Part shown: positions 8,340 to 17,462 of the stretch, piece after piece
Layout of the letters: every line of letters begins with the position of its first letter
Position numbering within the stretch: the first letter of the stretch is position 1
Origin: Elusimicrobiota bacterium
GTDB lineage: Bacteria > Elusimicrobiota > Elusimicrobia > UBA1565 > UBA9628
Length of the DNA: 64,000 nucleotides
Direction of reading: 5' to 3'
NCBI GenBank assembly: GCA_027452025.1
Contig: DAIDHI010000044.1
Span: 1,493 to 65,492 of the forward strand
Made by a program: the position numbers and the translations under genes
Notes under the pieces: model-generated
The model's database searches: none
The model's input: only the letters and a program-made list of their open reading frames with translations
Told to the model about the DNA's origin: nothing

Positions 8340-11056
8340 TTCTTGTATTTCTTGCCCGAGCCGCAGTAGCAGGGATCGTTGCGGCCGATCTTGTTGATGG
8401 TCGCGGGAACGGCGGCCTTCTGGAGGATGGAGCCGCGCGACTGCGCCGGCGCCGCGCCGTGGCCGTTGACTGGGGCGGAGGGCGCCTCCTCTTCCTTGGC
8501 CGGGGCGACGGGCACGGGCGGCGGAGGCGGCACGCGCGGCGCTTGGACTCGGAAGACGTACTCCACGGCCTGCTCGCGGATTTTGGCGAGCATGGCCTCG
8601 AAGAGGTTGAAGGATTCCTTCTGATACTCGATCTTGGGATCGAGCTGCGCGTAGGCGCGCAGGCCGATCGACTTCTTGAGGTGGTCGAGGTCGTAGAGGT
8701 GGCCCTTCCACGACTTGTCGATCATCTGCAGCAGGATCATCTTCTCGATCTCGCGGAAGCTGTAGCCGCTGCCGGCGAACTCCTGCTCGCGATGGGAGTA
8801 GATCTCCTTGGCCTGCGTCAGGAGCTCCTGCTTGAGCGCGGCCTTGTCGAGCTTGATGAGTTCCTCCTGCGGCACGTTCCAGTCCAGGCCGAAGGTGCGC
8901 TCGAGATAAGTCTTGAGCACCGGGATGTCCCAGGACTCGGGGTGCGTGTCGCCGGGAGCGATCTGGCCGATCTTCTCCTGCAGGTCCTCGTCGAGCATGG
9001 CCTGGACCTGCTCGGACACCGTCTCGTGGTCCAGGATGTCGTTGCGCAGGCGGTAGATGACCTCGCGCTGCTTGTTCATCACGTTGTCGTAGTCGAGCAG
9101 CTGCTTGCGGATGTCGAAATTGTGGGTCTCGACGCGGCGCTGGGCGTTGGCGATCTGGTGGCTGACGAGGGCCGACTCGATGACCTCGCCCTCCGTCATG
9201 CCGAGGCGCTCCATGATGCCGGAGAGCCGGTCGGAGCCGAAGAGGCGCATGAGCTCGTCGTCAAGGGCGAGATAGAAGCGCGTGGAGCCGGGGTCTCCCT
9301 GGCGGCCGCAGCGGCCGCGCAGCTGGTTGTCGATGCGCCGCGCGTCGTGGCGCTCCGTGCCCAGGACGTGCAGGCCGCCCAGGCTCTTGACCAGCTCGTA
9401 CTCCTTCGGATCCTGAGGGTTGCCGCCGAGCAAAATATCGGTGCCGCGGCCGGCCATGTTGGTGGCGATCGTCACCGCGCCCTTGCGGCCGGCCTGGGCG
9501 ATGATCTGCGCCTCCATCTCGTGATACTTGGCGTTGAGCACCTGGTGCGGGATGCCGGCGGCGCGCAGCATCGCGGCCAGCTTCTCGCTCTTTTCGATGG
9601 AGCGCGTGCCGACGAGGACGGGCCGGCCCTTGATCCAGTGGTCCTTGATCTCGGCTACGATGGCGTTGTATTTCTCGCGCTCGGTGCGGTAGATGAAGTC
9701 GGAAAAATCCTTGCGCGCGACGGGGTGGTGGGTCGGAATCTCGTAGACGGGGACCTGGTAGATCTCCAGGAACTCGTCTTCCTCCGTCATCGCCGTGCCC
9801 GTCATGCCGGCCATCTTCCTGTAAATCTTGAAGAAGTTCTGGAACGTGATCGTGGCCAGCGTCTGGTTCTCTTCCCTGGGAGCCAGCTGCTCCTTGGCCT
9901 CGACGGCCTGGTGCAGGCCGTCCGACCAGCGCCGGCCCGGCATCAGGCGCCCGGTGAACTCGTCGACGATGACGACCTCGCCGTCCTTGACGACGTAGTC
10001 GACGTCGCGCTGGTAGAGGTGGTGGGCGCGCAGGGCCTGGGTGATGTGGTGGACCCATTCGCCTTCCAGGTCGTCGTAGAGGTTCGGGATGCCCAGGAGC
10101 TTCTCGGCCTTCTCGATGCCTTCCTCGGTCAGGATGGCCGTGTGGTTCTTCTCGTCGACGATGGCGTCGTAGCCCTTGCCGAGGTCCTCGCCCGTGTATT
10201 TGGACTGGATCTCCTCTTCCTCGGTGATCTTGCGCGTCTTGAAGAGCGGAATGATGCGGTTGATGATGGCGTAGCGGTCGGTGGACTTCTCGGCCGCGCC
10301 GGAGATGATCAGCGGCGTGCGGGCCTCGTCGATGAGGATCGAGTCCACCTCGTCGATGATGGCGTAGTGCATCGGCCGCATGACGCGGTCCTCGGCGCGC
10401 ACGACCATGTTGTCGCGCAGGTAGTCGAAGCCGACTTCGTTGTTGGTGACGTAGGGGATGTCGCACAGATAGGACTCGCGGCGCTCCTCGTTGGGCAGGT
10501 CGTGCTGGACAAAGCCCACGGTCAGGCCCAGGAACTTATAGACCGGGCCCATCCATTCGGCGTCGCGCTTGGCCAGATAGTCGTTGACGGTGACGATGTG
10601 CACGCCGCGCCCGAGCAGGGCGTTGAGATAGGCCGGGGCGGTGGCGACGAGGGTCTTGCCCTCGCCGGTGCGCATCTCGGCGATGGCGCCGTTGTTGAGG
10701 ACGATGCCGCCCAGCATCTGCACGTCGTAGTGCCGCAGGCCGATCGTGCGGCGCGCGGCCTCGCGCACGAGCGCGAAGGCCTCGGGAAGGACCTCCTCCA
10801 AGGCGTCCTTCCAGATCTTTTTCTGGAGATCGTCCTTGGTCTTCTCGTCCGACGGCCACTCGGCGGGCTCGGCCGCTTCCACGGCCTTGGCCACCCGCTC
10901 CTTGAACTCGGCGGTCTTGGCCGGGAAGTCCGCGTCCGAAAGCGCCTTGGCGCCCTCCTCGGCGGCGTTGATGAGGTCGAGGGTGGGGCGATACGTCTTG
11001 AGCGTGCGCTCGCTGGGCGTGCCGATGATTCGGTAAAAGAGGTCCTTGATGATCAT
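8318..11056 (-). CDS. secA: Preprotein translocase ATPase SecA
   Basis: 912 aa with DEAD motor motifs and a C-terminal zinc-finger tail CYCGSGKKYKKCHG. Confidence 0.97.
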   Translation of the reverse strand: MIIKDLFYRIIGTPSERTLKTYRPTLDLINAAEEGAKALSDADFPAKTAEFKERVAKAVEAAEPAEWPSDEKTKDDLQKKIWKDALEEVLPEAFALVREAARRTIGLRHYDVQMLGGIVLNNGAIAEMRTGEGKTLVATAPAYLNALLGRGVHIVTVNDYLAKRDAEWMGPVYKFLGLTVGFVQHDLPNEERRESYLCDIPYVTNNEVGFDYLRDNMVVRAEDRVMRPMHYAIIDEVDSILIDEARTPLIISGAAEKSTDRYAIINRIIPLFKTRKITEEEEIQSKYTGEDLGKGYDAIVDEKNHTAILTEEGIEKAEKLLGIPNLYDDLEGEWVHHITQALRAHHLYQRDVDYVVKDGEVVIVDEFTGRLMPGRRWSDGLHQAVEAKEQLAPREENQTLATITFQNFFKIYRKMAGMTGTAMTEEDEFLEIYQVPVYEIPTHHPVARKDFSDFIYRTEREKYNAIVAEIKDHWIKGRPVLVGTRSIEKSEKLAAMLRAAGIPHQVLNAKYHEMEAQIIAQAGRKGAVTIATNMAGRGTDILLGGNPQDPKEYELVKSLGGLHVLGTERHDARRIDNQLRGRCGRQGDPGSTRFYLALDDELMRLFGSDRLSGIMERLGMTEGEVIESALVSHQIANAQRRVETHNFDIRKQLLDYDNVMNKQREVIYRLRNDILDHETVSEQVQAMLDEDLQEKIGQIAPGDTHPESWDIPVLKTYLERTFGLDWNVPQEELIKLDKAALKQELLTQAKEIYSHREQEFAGSGYSFREIEKMILLQMIDKSWKGHLYDLDHLKKSIGLRAYAQLDPKIEYQKESFNLFEAMLAKIREQAVEYVFRVQAPRVPPPPPVPVAPAKEEEAPSAPVNGHGAAPAQSRGSILQKAAVPATINKIGRNDPCYCGSGKKYKKCHGQGA

Positions 11057-11076
11057 GCGCGAAAAACCCGACGTTC

Positions 11077-11550
11077 CTAGTTCATCGAGACGTTTTGGAG
11101 GAACTTTTCGGTGTTTTCGAGCATGTTCTTGAGGTTCTCAATGGCCTCTTTCCAGGCCTCGGCCTGCCACTGGCGCGCCTCTTCCCATTCCTGCCCGGCG
11201 CCCCATCCGGTGTGGATGAAGCGCAGGAGCGTCCCGCCGTCGCGGGGCTCAAGCCTGACGAACACCTGCGTCGCGTCTCCCATCACGTCCTGATATTGCT
11301 CCGGTCCCTTCCAATTGAAGCTGAGCTCCGAGTTGGGCACGAGGTCGGTGATGCGGCAGCCCTTCGTGCTGTTCTTCTCGGGGTTTTCGGGATCCCAGTA
11401 TAACTCGTACGCGCCTCCGACCGAGGGCTCGACGTGAGCTTCCCGGGTCAGCCAGCGCTCCAGCAGGTCCGGCTTGAGCCAGGCCTCGAAGACGCGCTCG
11501 ATCGGATACTCGATGTGGATCTGGATGTCGATGTCCTTGGCTTTGGACAT
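11077..11550 (-). CDS. SRPBCC-superfamily protein (AHSA1 / activator of Hsp90 ATPase-like)
   Basis: ERVFEAWLKPDLLERWL signature. Start taken at MSKAKDID (the track ORF extends 60 nt upstream). First gene of the SRPBCC-secA-lnt-deacetylase operon. Confidence 0.6.
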   Translation of the reverse strand: MSKAKDIDIQIHIEYPIERVFEAWLKPDLLERWLTREAHVEPSVGGAYELYWDPENPEKNSTKGCRITDLVPNSELSFNWKGPEQYQDVMGDATQVFVRLEPRDGGTLLRFIHTGWGAGQEWEEARQWQAEAWKEAIENLKNMLENTEKFLQNVSMN

Positions 11551-11749
11551 GATTCCCCCTTGATGAAGTCTAGCATTTCGGTCCCATCGAACGGCTGGCG
11601 TCTCTTTCAAGCCGGCTGACGCCGCAACAGGCGCAAGGCACGAAGGCCCGTCGGAAGGCGACTACAATTCAGTTTAACAACCGCCCCCGGAAAAATCAAG
11701 AGGAGCGGCGGACGCCATTGCGCCCGCCGAGAATTGGTATCATCCGGGC

Positions 11750-13081
11750 GTGATTTTCGCCGCCCTCCTGCTCTTCGCGGTCGCGCCGGCCGCCGCCGTA
11801 TCCGTCTCCTCCGCCCCCGCCGCGTCCGTCTCGTCCTCGTCCGTGGCCGTCTCCTCCGCCCCCGCCGTCGATCCCGAAGCCGCCTTCGACGAAGCCGTGC
11901 GGCGGATGCAGGACGGCGACGCCGAAGGCGGCCGCGCCAAGCTCAAGGCCGCCTTCGACTCCATGGCCGACGGCGTCGACGACGACGAACTCGCCGATTC
12001 GCTGCGCGGCGATTTCTACGACATGGTGGAGCGCGTCCACGACTGGCCCGACGCCCAGGCCGCGGGCGAGTCGGCGACGGGCCTGGACGTCTCGATCGGC
12101 ACGGCGCCCGTGCGCATGCAGGGCATCGTCCTCGAGCCGAGCAATCCCGTGGTCCAGAAGTTCATCGACACCTACGCCCAGCGCCGCCCCCAGACCGTTG
12201 AGGAGGCGCTCGCGCGATCGGGCCTCTATAAGGACATGATCATGGCCGAGCTCAAGAAGCGCGGCCTGCCGCCCGACCTCTTCTACCTGGTGATGGCCGA
12301 GAGCGAATACAAATACGACGCCGTCTCGCATGCGGGCGCGGCGGGGCTGTGGCAGCTCATGCCGGGCACGGCGCGCAAGTACGGCCTGGAGGTTTCCTAC
12401 TGGGTCGACGAGCGCTTCGACCCCGTCAAGTCCACTCGCGCCGCCGTCCATTACCTGGCCGACCTGTATCAATGGTTCGGCGACTGGAACCTCGCGCTGG
12501 CCGCCTACAACCGCGGCGAGGGCGGCATCGGGCGCGACCTGCGCTTCTCGCGCTCGACGGACTTCGGCGCGCTCTCCGGCCGCGGCGCCGTGCCCAACGA
12601 GACGCGCTTCTACGTGCCCAAGTTCATGGCCTGCGCCCTGATCGGCAAGGACCCGGCGAAGTACGGCCTGCACCCTCGATACGAGACCCCCGCGCCCATC
12701 GCCGCGGTGCCTCTGGCGCGCGACCTGGACCTGGGCATCGCCGCCAAGTGCGCCCAAACCACCGTCGCCGTCCTGCGCGCGCTTAATCCCGAGCTGCGGG
12801 CCTGGTGCACGCCCAAGGGCCGGCCGGGCTTTCTGCTGCGCCTGCCCGAGGCGGCCAAGGCCGCCTTCCTCGCCAATCTCGCCCAGGTGAAGGACTGGGA
12901 TCCCGGGCCTATGCTGGTGCGCTACCGCGTGCGCCGGGGCGATTACCTCGGCCGCATCGCGCGGCGCTACCGCACCACCGTGCGCGCCGTCATGCAGCTC
13001 AACAAGCTGCGCAGCTCCCGCCGGCTGCGCCCGGGCATGATCCTGCGGCTGCGCCCCGGCCGCGGCTGGAGAGAGCGGTGA
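11750..13081 (+). CDS. mltD: Membrane-bound lytic murein transglycosylase (SLT domain plus C-terminal LysM)
   Basis: Signal peptide, SLT catalytic region ESEYKYDAVSHAGAAGLWQLMPGTA, C-terminal LysM (VRRGDYLGRIARRY); GTG start. Confidence 0.85.
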   Translation: MIFAALLLFAVAPAAAVSVSSAPAASVSSSSVAVSSAPAVDPEAAFDEAVRRMQDGDAEGGRAKLKAAFDSMADGVDDDELADSLRGDFYDMVERVHDWPDAQAAGESATGLDVSIGTAPVRMQGIVLEPSNPVVQKFIDTYAQRRPQTVEEALARSGLYKDMIMAELKKRGLPPDLFYLVMAESEYKYDAVSHAGAAGLWQLMPGTARKYGLEVSYWVDERFDPVKSTRAAVHYLADLYQWFGDWNLALAAYNRGEGGIGRDLRFSRSTDFGALSGRGAVPNETRFYVPKFMACALIGKDPAKYGLHPRYETPAPIAAVPLARDLDLGIAAKCAQTTVAVLRALNPELRAWCTPKGRPGFLLRLPEAAKAAFLANLAQVKDWDPGPMLVRYRVRRGDYLGRIARRYRTTVRAVMQLNKLRSSRRLRPGMILRLRPGRGWRER

Positions 13082-13082
13082 C

Positions 13083-14030
13083 ATGAGAACTCTCGGCCGG
13101 CTCTCGCTGGCTCTTCTCGCCTTCCTCAGCGGCTGCGTCTCCGTCAACGGCCCGGCGCTGTCCAAGGGAGAGATCGCGCCCGGCCAGCGCACCATCGTGC
13201 TGGTCTTCGCCGCCCCCACGCCGTTGATGCGCTCCGACAACTCCAACGTGGCGACGGCCGCCGAGATCATCCCGGGCCTGGGCATGGCCGTGCAGTCGGT
13301 CAAGGACGACCACAGCGTCGAGCTCTCCCAGGACCTCGCCCAGGCCCTGCCCGGCTGGCACCCGGGCCAGGAGTTCGCGGCCCAGCTCATGACGGCGCTG
13401 CAAGGCAGCGGCTATCCCGGCCGCTGGGTCGCCGCGGCCGACAGCGAGATCATCCCGGCGCGCCTGTCGGGCTGGAACGAGGCCGACAACGTCGCGGACT
13501 GGCGCACGCGCTATTACGGGATCGGCCCCATCCCGCCGACAACGCCGCGCAATTACGCCGAGGTCCCCGGAATCTCCGACTCCTTGATCCTCGAGAGCAA
13601 CCTCGCCTGGGGCCTGAAGGCCGACGCCGACGGCAACGAGACGCCCTTCTTGTCCTGCCAAGCGCGCCTGTATTCCGCCGCCGGCAACAAACTCCTGTGG
13701 TCCCAGGAGGAGAACCTGCCGGACGCAGGATTTAAGGGCTCCTTCGAGACCCTCAAGCCCAACGGCCAGCTCCTCGAGTCGCATTGGCGCTCGCTCATGG
13801 CGCCCCTGGCCGCCGCGCTCTCCAACGACTTTCGCAAGGACCTGGCGCAGGCCGGCCTCTACACCGGGCCGGCCTTTTCGCCCGCGGCGCCGGCGGCGCC
13901 GGCCAGCTCGGCTTATCAGATGAGCGCTCCGGGCGCCTCGGCCTACCAGCTGACCCTGCCGGCCGCGCCGGCGGCTGCGCCCGCCACCGCGCCGGCTTCC
14001 AACCCGAACGGTCTGGAAAGCCACCCCTAG
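13083..14030 (+). CDS. Lipoprotein, hypothetical
   Basis: Lipobox LSGC after a positively charged N-terminus; start is adjacent to the mltD stop. Confidence 0.65.
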   Translation: MRTLGRLSLALLAFLSGCVSVNGPALSKGEIAPGQRTIVLVFAAPTPLMRSDNSNVATAAEIIPGLGMAVQSVKDDHSVELSQDLAQALPGWHPGQEFAAQLMTALQGSGYPGRWVAAADSEIIPARLSGWNEADNVADWRTRYYGIGPIPPTTPRNYAEVPGISDSLILESNLAWGLKADADGNETPFLSCQARLYSAAGNKLLWSQEENLPDAGFKGSFETLKPNGQLLESHWRSLMAPLAAALSNDFRKDLAQAGLYTGPAFSPAAPAAPASSAYQMSAPGASAYQLTLPAAPAAAPATAPASNPNGLESHP

Positions 14031-14053
14031 CGGCGCTTTGCTAGAATCGGGCC

Positions 14054-14491
14054 ATGCGTTGGCTTCCCCTAGCCGCCGCGACGCTCGCGGCGGGTTGTAG
14101 CTACGTGGGCCTCGACTTCAGCCGGCCGCTGTCGCCCAACGAGGTCGCCCTCGAGCAGCAGGTGCGAGGGCTCTACACGGAGATGCAGGCGGCCTTCGCC
14201 GCCGGCAATCCCCAGGAGGTCGTGGACCTCTTCTCGCCCTCGATCACCCATCCGATGACCCAGGGGCAGATCCGCGACTGGGCGACGGCGTTCTTCGCCA
14301 AGCACGGCCGCGCTAATCTTCGCATCCTTTCCTTCAGCTTCGACAAGCTCTCCTTCGCCCGGCCCGTCGTCACCTTCAAGTATTCCATCGAGACGCCCGA
14401 CGGCAAGGGCAATCTCGCCGGCGTGGAGACCGACACGCTGGTCCAGCGCGACGGGCGCTGGTACATCGCCTCCTGGGACAAGGATCAGTAG
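14054..14491 (+). CDS. Small lipoprotein, NTF2/SnoaL-like fold candidate
   Basis: Lipobox LAAGCS; C-terminal RDGRWYIASW is typical of NTF2-like domains. Confidence 0.6.
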   Translation: MRWLPLAAATLAAGCSYVGLDFSRPLSPNEVALEQQVRGLYTEMQAAFAAGNPQEVVDLFSPSITHPMTQGQIRDWATAFFAKHGRANLRILSFSFDKLSFARPVVTFKYSIETPDGKGNLAGVETDTLVQRDGRWYIASWDKDQ

Positions 14492-15059
14492 CGCAGCATC
14501 GTCCTCAGGAACAGGCAGGCGCTGACAAAAAGCGCCAGCAGCGGCAGCGCCAGCAGCGCCACCGCCTGCGCGGCCGGCGGCTCTTCCCGCGGCTCCTCGC
14601 GCTTCAAGCGGCCCGCTCCGGAGGCGAAGGCCCGGACGACGAGAGCGGCGCCCGCCAGCGGCAGCACCAGCACCAGCAGCGCCCATAACCCGAAGGGCTT
14701 TCGCCGGCAGCCCAATAGACGCGCCAGGTCCGGCCGCCCGCGCGGGAACTCCGCGCGCGCCGCCCGCGCGTCCGCGCCGCAGCGGCCCACGGAGTAGCTC
14801 AGACCCCGGTAATTGAGGTCGTAGGTGACGAAGGAGAACTCGTTGGCATAGATCGGCCGGCCGCGGGTGCCCGCGCCCCCGCCCACGCTCTCGCCGGTGT
14901 CCCAGCAGGCGTCGACGCGCGCCCGGGTGGTCTGGATCGGGCCTTGGTACCAATACCAGGACGTGAGATCGACCTGGGGCACGAACAGGAAGGACAGCGA
15001 GGCGCCGAAGACCAGGAACGTCCAGCCCACGAGGGCGAGCGGGCTTGCGAAAAGCTCCT
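14485..15059 (-). CDS. Hypothetical membrane protein (start uncertain)
   Basis: Hydrophobic segments near both ends. The track ORF 14485-15243 overlaps the upstream gene, so a CTG/GTG start near 15017-15059 is more likely. Confidence 0.4.
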
Positions 15060-15082
15060 CCAGGCGCCGCGGCCAGCCGGCG

Positions 15083-15565
15083 CTAGCGGCGATACATGCC
15101 TCGCAGCCAGAAATCCAGCTCGTGCTGGTAGGCGTCGGCGACCTTGTCCGAGTGGATCTTGAGGTCGGCGATGGTGCCTTTGACGAAGCGGCCTGTCTCG
15201 TCGAAGCAGTCGTCCTGCGTGACGGCCCGCCGCAGGCGGCCATCGGTCTGCGCGGCGAAGGCGTGCGAGACCTCGTTGTCGTCGACCTTGCGCTTGGCCC
15301 AGAACACGACCCGAAAGGGCTTGCCGTCGCGCAGGACGACGAAGAAGGAGTGGGTCATGCCGTCCTCGGCTTTTTGCGCGGGCGCGACGAGCTCCTTCGC
15401 GGCCAGGCTCTTGTCGAAGCCCAGGTGGCCGGCCACGTTGGTCTCGAAGGAGAAGTCGCGGCCGAGCGCGAGGGCCTTGTCGATCTCGGCCTTGAGCGCC
15501 CCTCGATCGACGCTGACGGCTCGCGCGGGGGCGGCGAGCAGGAGAAATGCCAGCAGCGGCGCCAT
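15083..15565 (-). CDS. Secreted hypothetical protein
   Basis: Signal peptide MAPLLAFLLLAAPARA. Confidence 0.6.
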   Translation of the reverse strand: MAPLLAFLLLAAPARAVSVDRGALKAEIDKALALGRDFSFETNVAGHLGFDKSLAAKELVAPAQKAEDGMTHSFFVVLRDGKPFRVVFWAKRKVDDNEVSHAFAAQTDGRLRRAVTQDDCFDETGRFVKGTIADLKIHSDKVADAYQHELDFWLRGMYRR

Positions 15566-15610
15566 GGCCTCATGCTAGCGCCGAGCGCCGCCGCGGTCAA
15601 TTTCGGTCCT

Positions 15611-15635
15611 TTGACGATCCCGTCAGCGCTATAAT
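15611..15635 (+). promoter_or_regulatory. Sigma-70-like promoter elements (TTGACG ... TATAAT) 6 nt upstream of the ATG at 15642; possible leaderless transcript
   Basis: TATAAT at 15630-15635 and TTGACG at 15611-15616 (the 13-bp spacer is short). No SD before the ATG. Confidence 0.35.
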
Positions 15636-15641
15636 TAGGCG

Positions 15642-16067
15642 ATGAAGTCCGCCGATGGGCCCGAGGCCCAGATCCAGATCTTCGCGCAGCTCCTCCAAGC
15701 CCAGCCCCGGCGCGCCCTCCAAGACGCCGAAGCCGCCGCGGCCGCCGAACCGCGCAACCCGCTGGCCCTCGTCGAGCGCGGCTTGGCGCGGGAGAAGGTC
15801 TTGGGACCGGGAGACGCCGCTCTCGAGGACCTGCGGCAGGCCGCCGACTTCGACCCGTCTTTGTCTCACTTCTACGCCGAGGCCCTGGTCCGGCGGCGCC
15901 AGTCCATGGCCGGGGCGGGGTTCAAGCCCGCCGTGGACCTGGCCCCCTCCTATCCCACGGCCTCGCGCCTGCCGGCGGCCTTCGCCGGCCTGTGCAGCCT
16001 GCTCGTCTGCGCCGGAATCTACGTCCTGCTGTCGCGTCTTTGGGCCGACGACGACCGCAAGGCCTAG
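15642..16067 (+). CDS. Small hypothetical protein with a C-terminal TM helix
   Basis: 141 aa; C-terminal hydrophobic LCSLLVCAGIYVLLSRLW. A T8 run and weak hairpin lie downstream at about 16110-16130. Confidence 0.5.
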   Translation: MKSADGPEAQIQIFAQLLQAQPRRALQDAEAAAAAEPRNPLALVERGLAREKVLGPGDAALEDLRQAADFDPSLSHFYAEALVRRRQSMAGAGFKPAVDLAPSYPTASRLPAAFAGLCSLLVCAGIYVLLSRLWADDDRKA

Positions 16068-16139
16068 GCTCGCCCGGGCCCAACGGCCGGCCGAACCGGG
16101 GCCTTAAGACCGTCCCTGCGGTTTTTTTTCCTTGATAGG

Positions 16140-17453
16140 ATGGCCTCAATGTTCCGGAAGACTCTCGCCGGGCTGGCCTCGCTTTGGCTGGCGACGTCCT
16201 GCGCCGCCGCCGAGCTCTCGGGCGTGCCCGAGGTGCCGCGCGCGCCCGAGCCGCTGGAAGAGCCCGCGACCGCCGCCGGGCTGGCGGCGTTCGCCGCGCC
16301 GGCCCTGCCGGCGACGGCGGCCGCGCCTGCCGTTCCCACGCTGCCTGCCGCCGCCGTCGCGCAGCCCGCGGCCGCGGCGAGCCAGCCCAAGAAGGCCGCT
16401 CCGGCCCGGACGGCGCGGACCTCGCCCGAAGCCCGGAAGGCCTCGCTCGACGCCGCCTTCGACAACTCCGGCGGCCCCAAGGGCCCCAAGGGCATGGCCA
16501 CTTCAGCCTTCCTGCGCGGCATGGGCCTCTACACAGCCGTGGCCGCCGCCATTCCCTGGCATGCCCTGAGCGGGCCGTGGGCGGCCCTCGACGCCGTGCC
16601 GGTCGCCGCCGGGCTCTTCATGGGCGTCTCGCGCATCCGCCTCAAGGACACGGCCACCGACCGGCCGCTGCTCCGCACGATGTCCATGCGCCAGGAAGCC
16701 GTCGACCTGTGGCGCCATCTGCGCAAGAAGGGTCCGCCGTCGCCGCCGCGCGCGATCACGAAGTGGCGCTACGTCACCGAGTTCTCGCGCCCGTGGCCGG
16801 CCCTGCGCCTGGCCGGGCCGGGCGTGTGGTACACGGCCGCGGCCCTTCGCGTGGCCGCCTTCGGCTCCTTGTTGTCCTGGGCGCCTTGGACGGCGGCGCG
16901 CGTCCTCGGGCACGTCCTGCAGGCCGCCGGCGTGGGACTGACGGGGTTTTCCGCCTATTTCTTCCGCGATCCGCAGCGCAAAGCCGTCCTGCCGCAAGAC
17001 GCCGTCGCCTCTCCGGCCGACGGCCGCGTCCTCAGCGTCAAGAGCGAGGCTCCCGGCCAGGTCACGATCCGGATCTTTCTCTCCGCCTTGAACGTCCACG
17101 TCCAGCGCGCGCCCTTCGCCGGGAAAGTGACGAACATGGAATACCGCGAAGGCAAGTTCGCCGTCGCTTCGGCTCCCGAAGCCGCGGGCAAGAACGAACG
17201 CAACTCCACGCGCATCGAGGGCGAGGGCGGGCGCTGGGCCGTCGTCGACCAGCTGACCGGCTTCATCGCCCGCCGCATCGCCTCCTGGGTGGACCCGGGC
17301 GACGCGGTCGCTCAGGGCCAGCGCACGGGCATGATCTTCTTCGGCTCGCAAGTCGCCCTGCACCTGCCCTCTTCGGCGCGCGTGCAGGTCAAGCCCGGCG
17401 ACCGCGTCGTCGGCGGGCGCACCGTCCTAGCCCTGTGGCCCGCAAACAAGTAA
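16140..17453 (+). CDS. psd: Phosphatidylserine decarboxylase proenzyme (short PSD type) with a ~260-aa N-terminal extension
   Basis: C-terminal ~170 aa match the Psd domain (FFRDPQR...VSPADGRV...FGSQVALHLP self-cleavage region). N-terminus has a signal-peptide-like start, Ala/Pro-rich tract and hydrophobic segments. Confidence 0.75.
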   Translation: MASMFRKTLAGLASLWLATSCAAAELSGVPEVPRAPEPLEEPATAAGLAAFAAPALPATAAAPAVPTLPAAAVAQPAAAASQPKKAAPARTARTSPEARKASLDAAFDNSGGPKGPKGMATSAFLRGMGLYTAVAAAIPWHALSGPWAALDAVPVAAGLFMGVSRIRLKDTATDRPLLRTMSMRQEAVDLWRHLRKKGPPSPPRAITKWRYVTEFSRPWPALRLAGPGVWYTAAALRVAAFGSLLSWAPWTAARVLGHVLQAAGVGLTGFSAYFFRDPQRKAVLPQDAVASPADGRVLSVKSEAPGQVTIRIFLSALNVHVQRAPFAGKVTNMEYREGKFAVASAPEAAGKNERNSTRIEGEGGRWAVVDQLTGFIARRIASWVDPGDAVAQGQRTGMIFFGSQVALHLPSSARVQVKPGDRVVGGRTVLALWPANK

Positions 17454-17462
17454 ACTAGCGTC

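Noticed and set aside
16250-16420. Repetitive gccgccgcc tracts that could be mistaken for a short repeat array
   Set aside because: These are codon-level Ala/Pro low complexity inside the psd N-terminal extension. They have no spacer/repeat periodicity, so they are not a CRISPR or tandem repeat.
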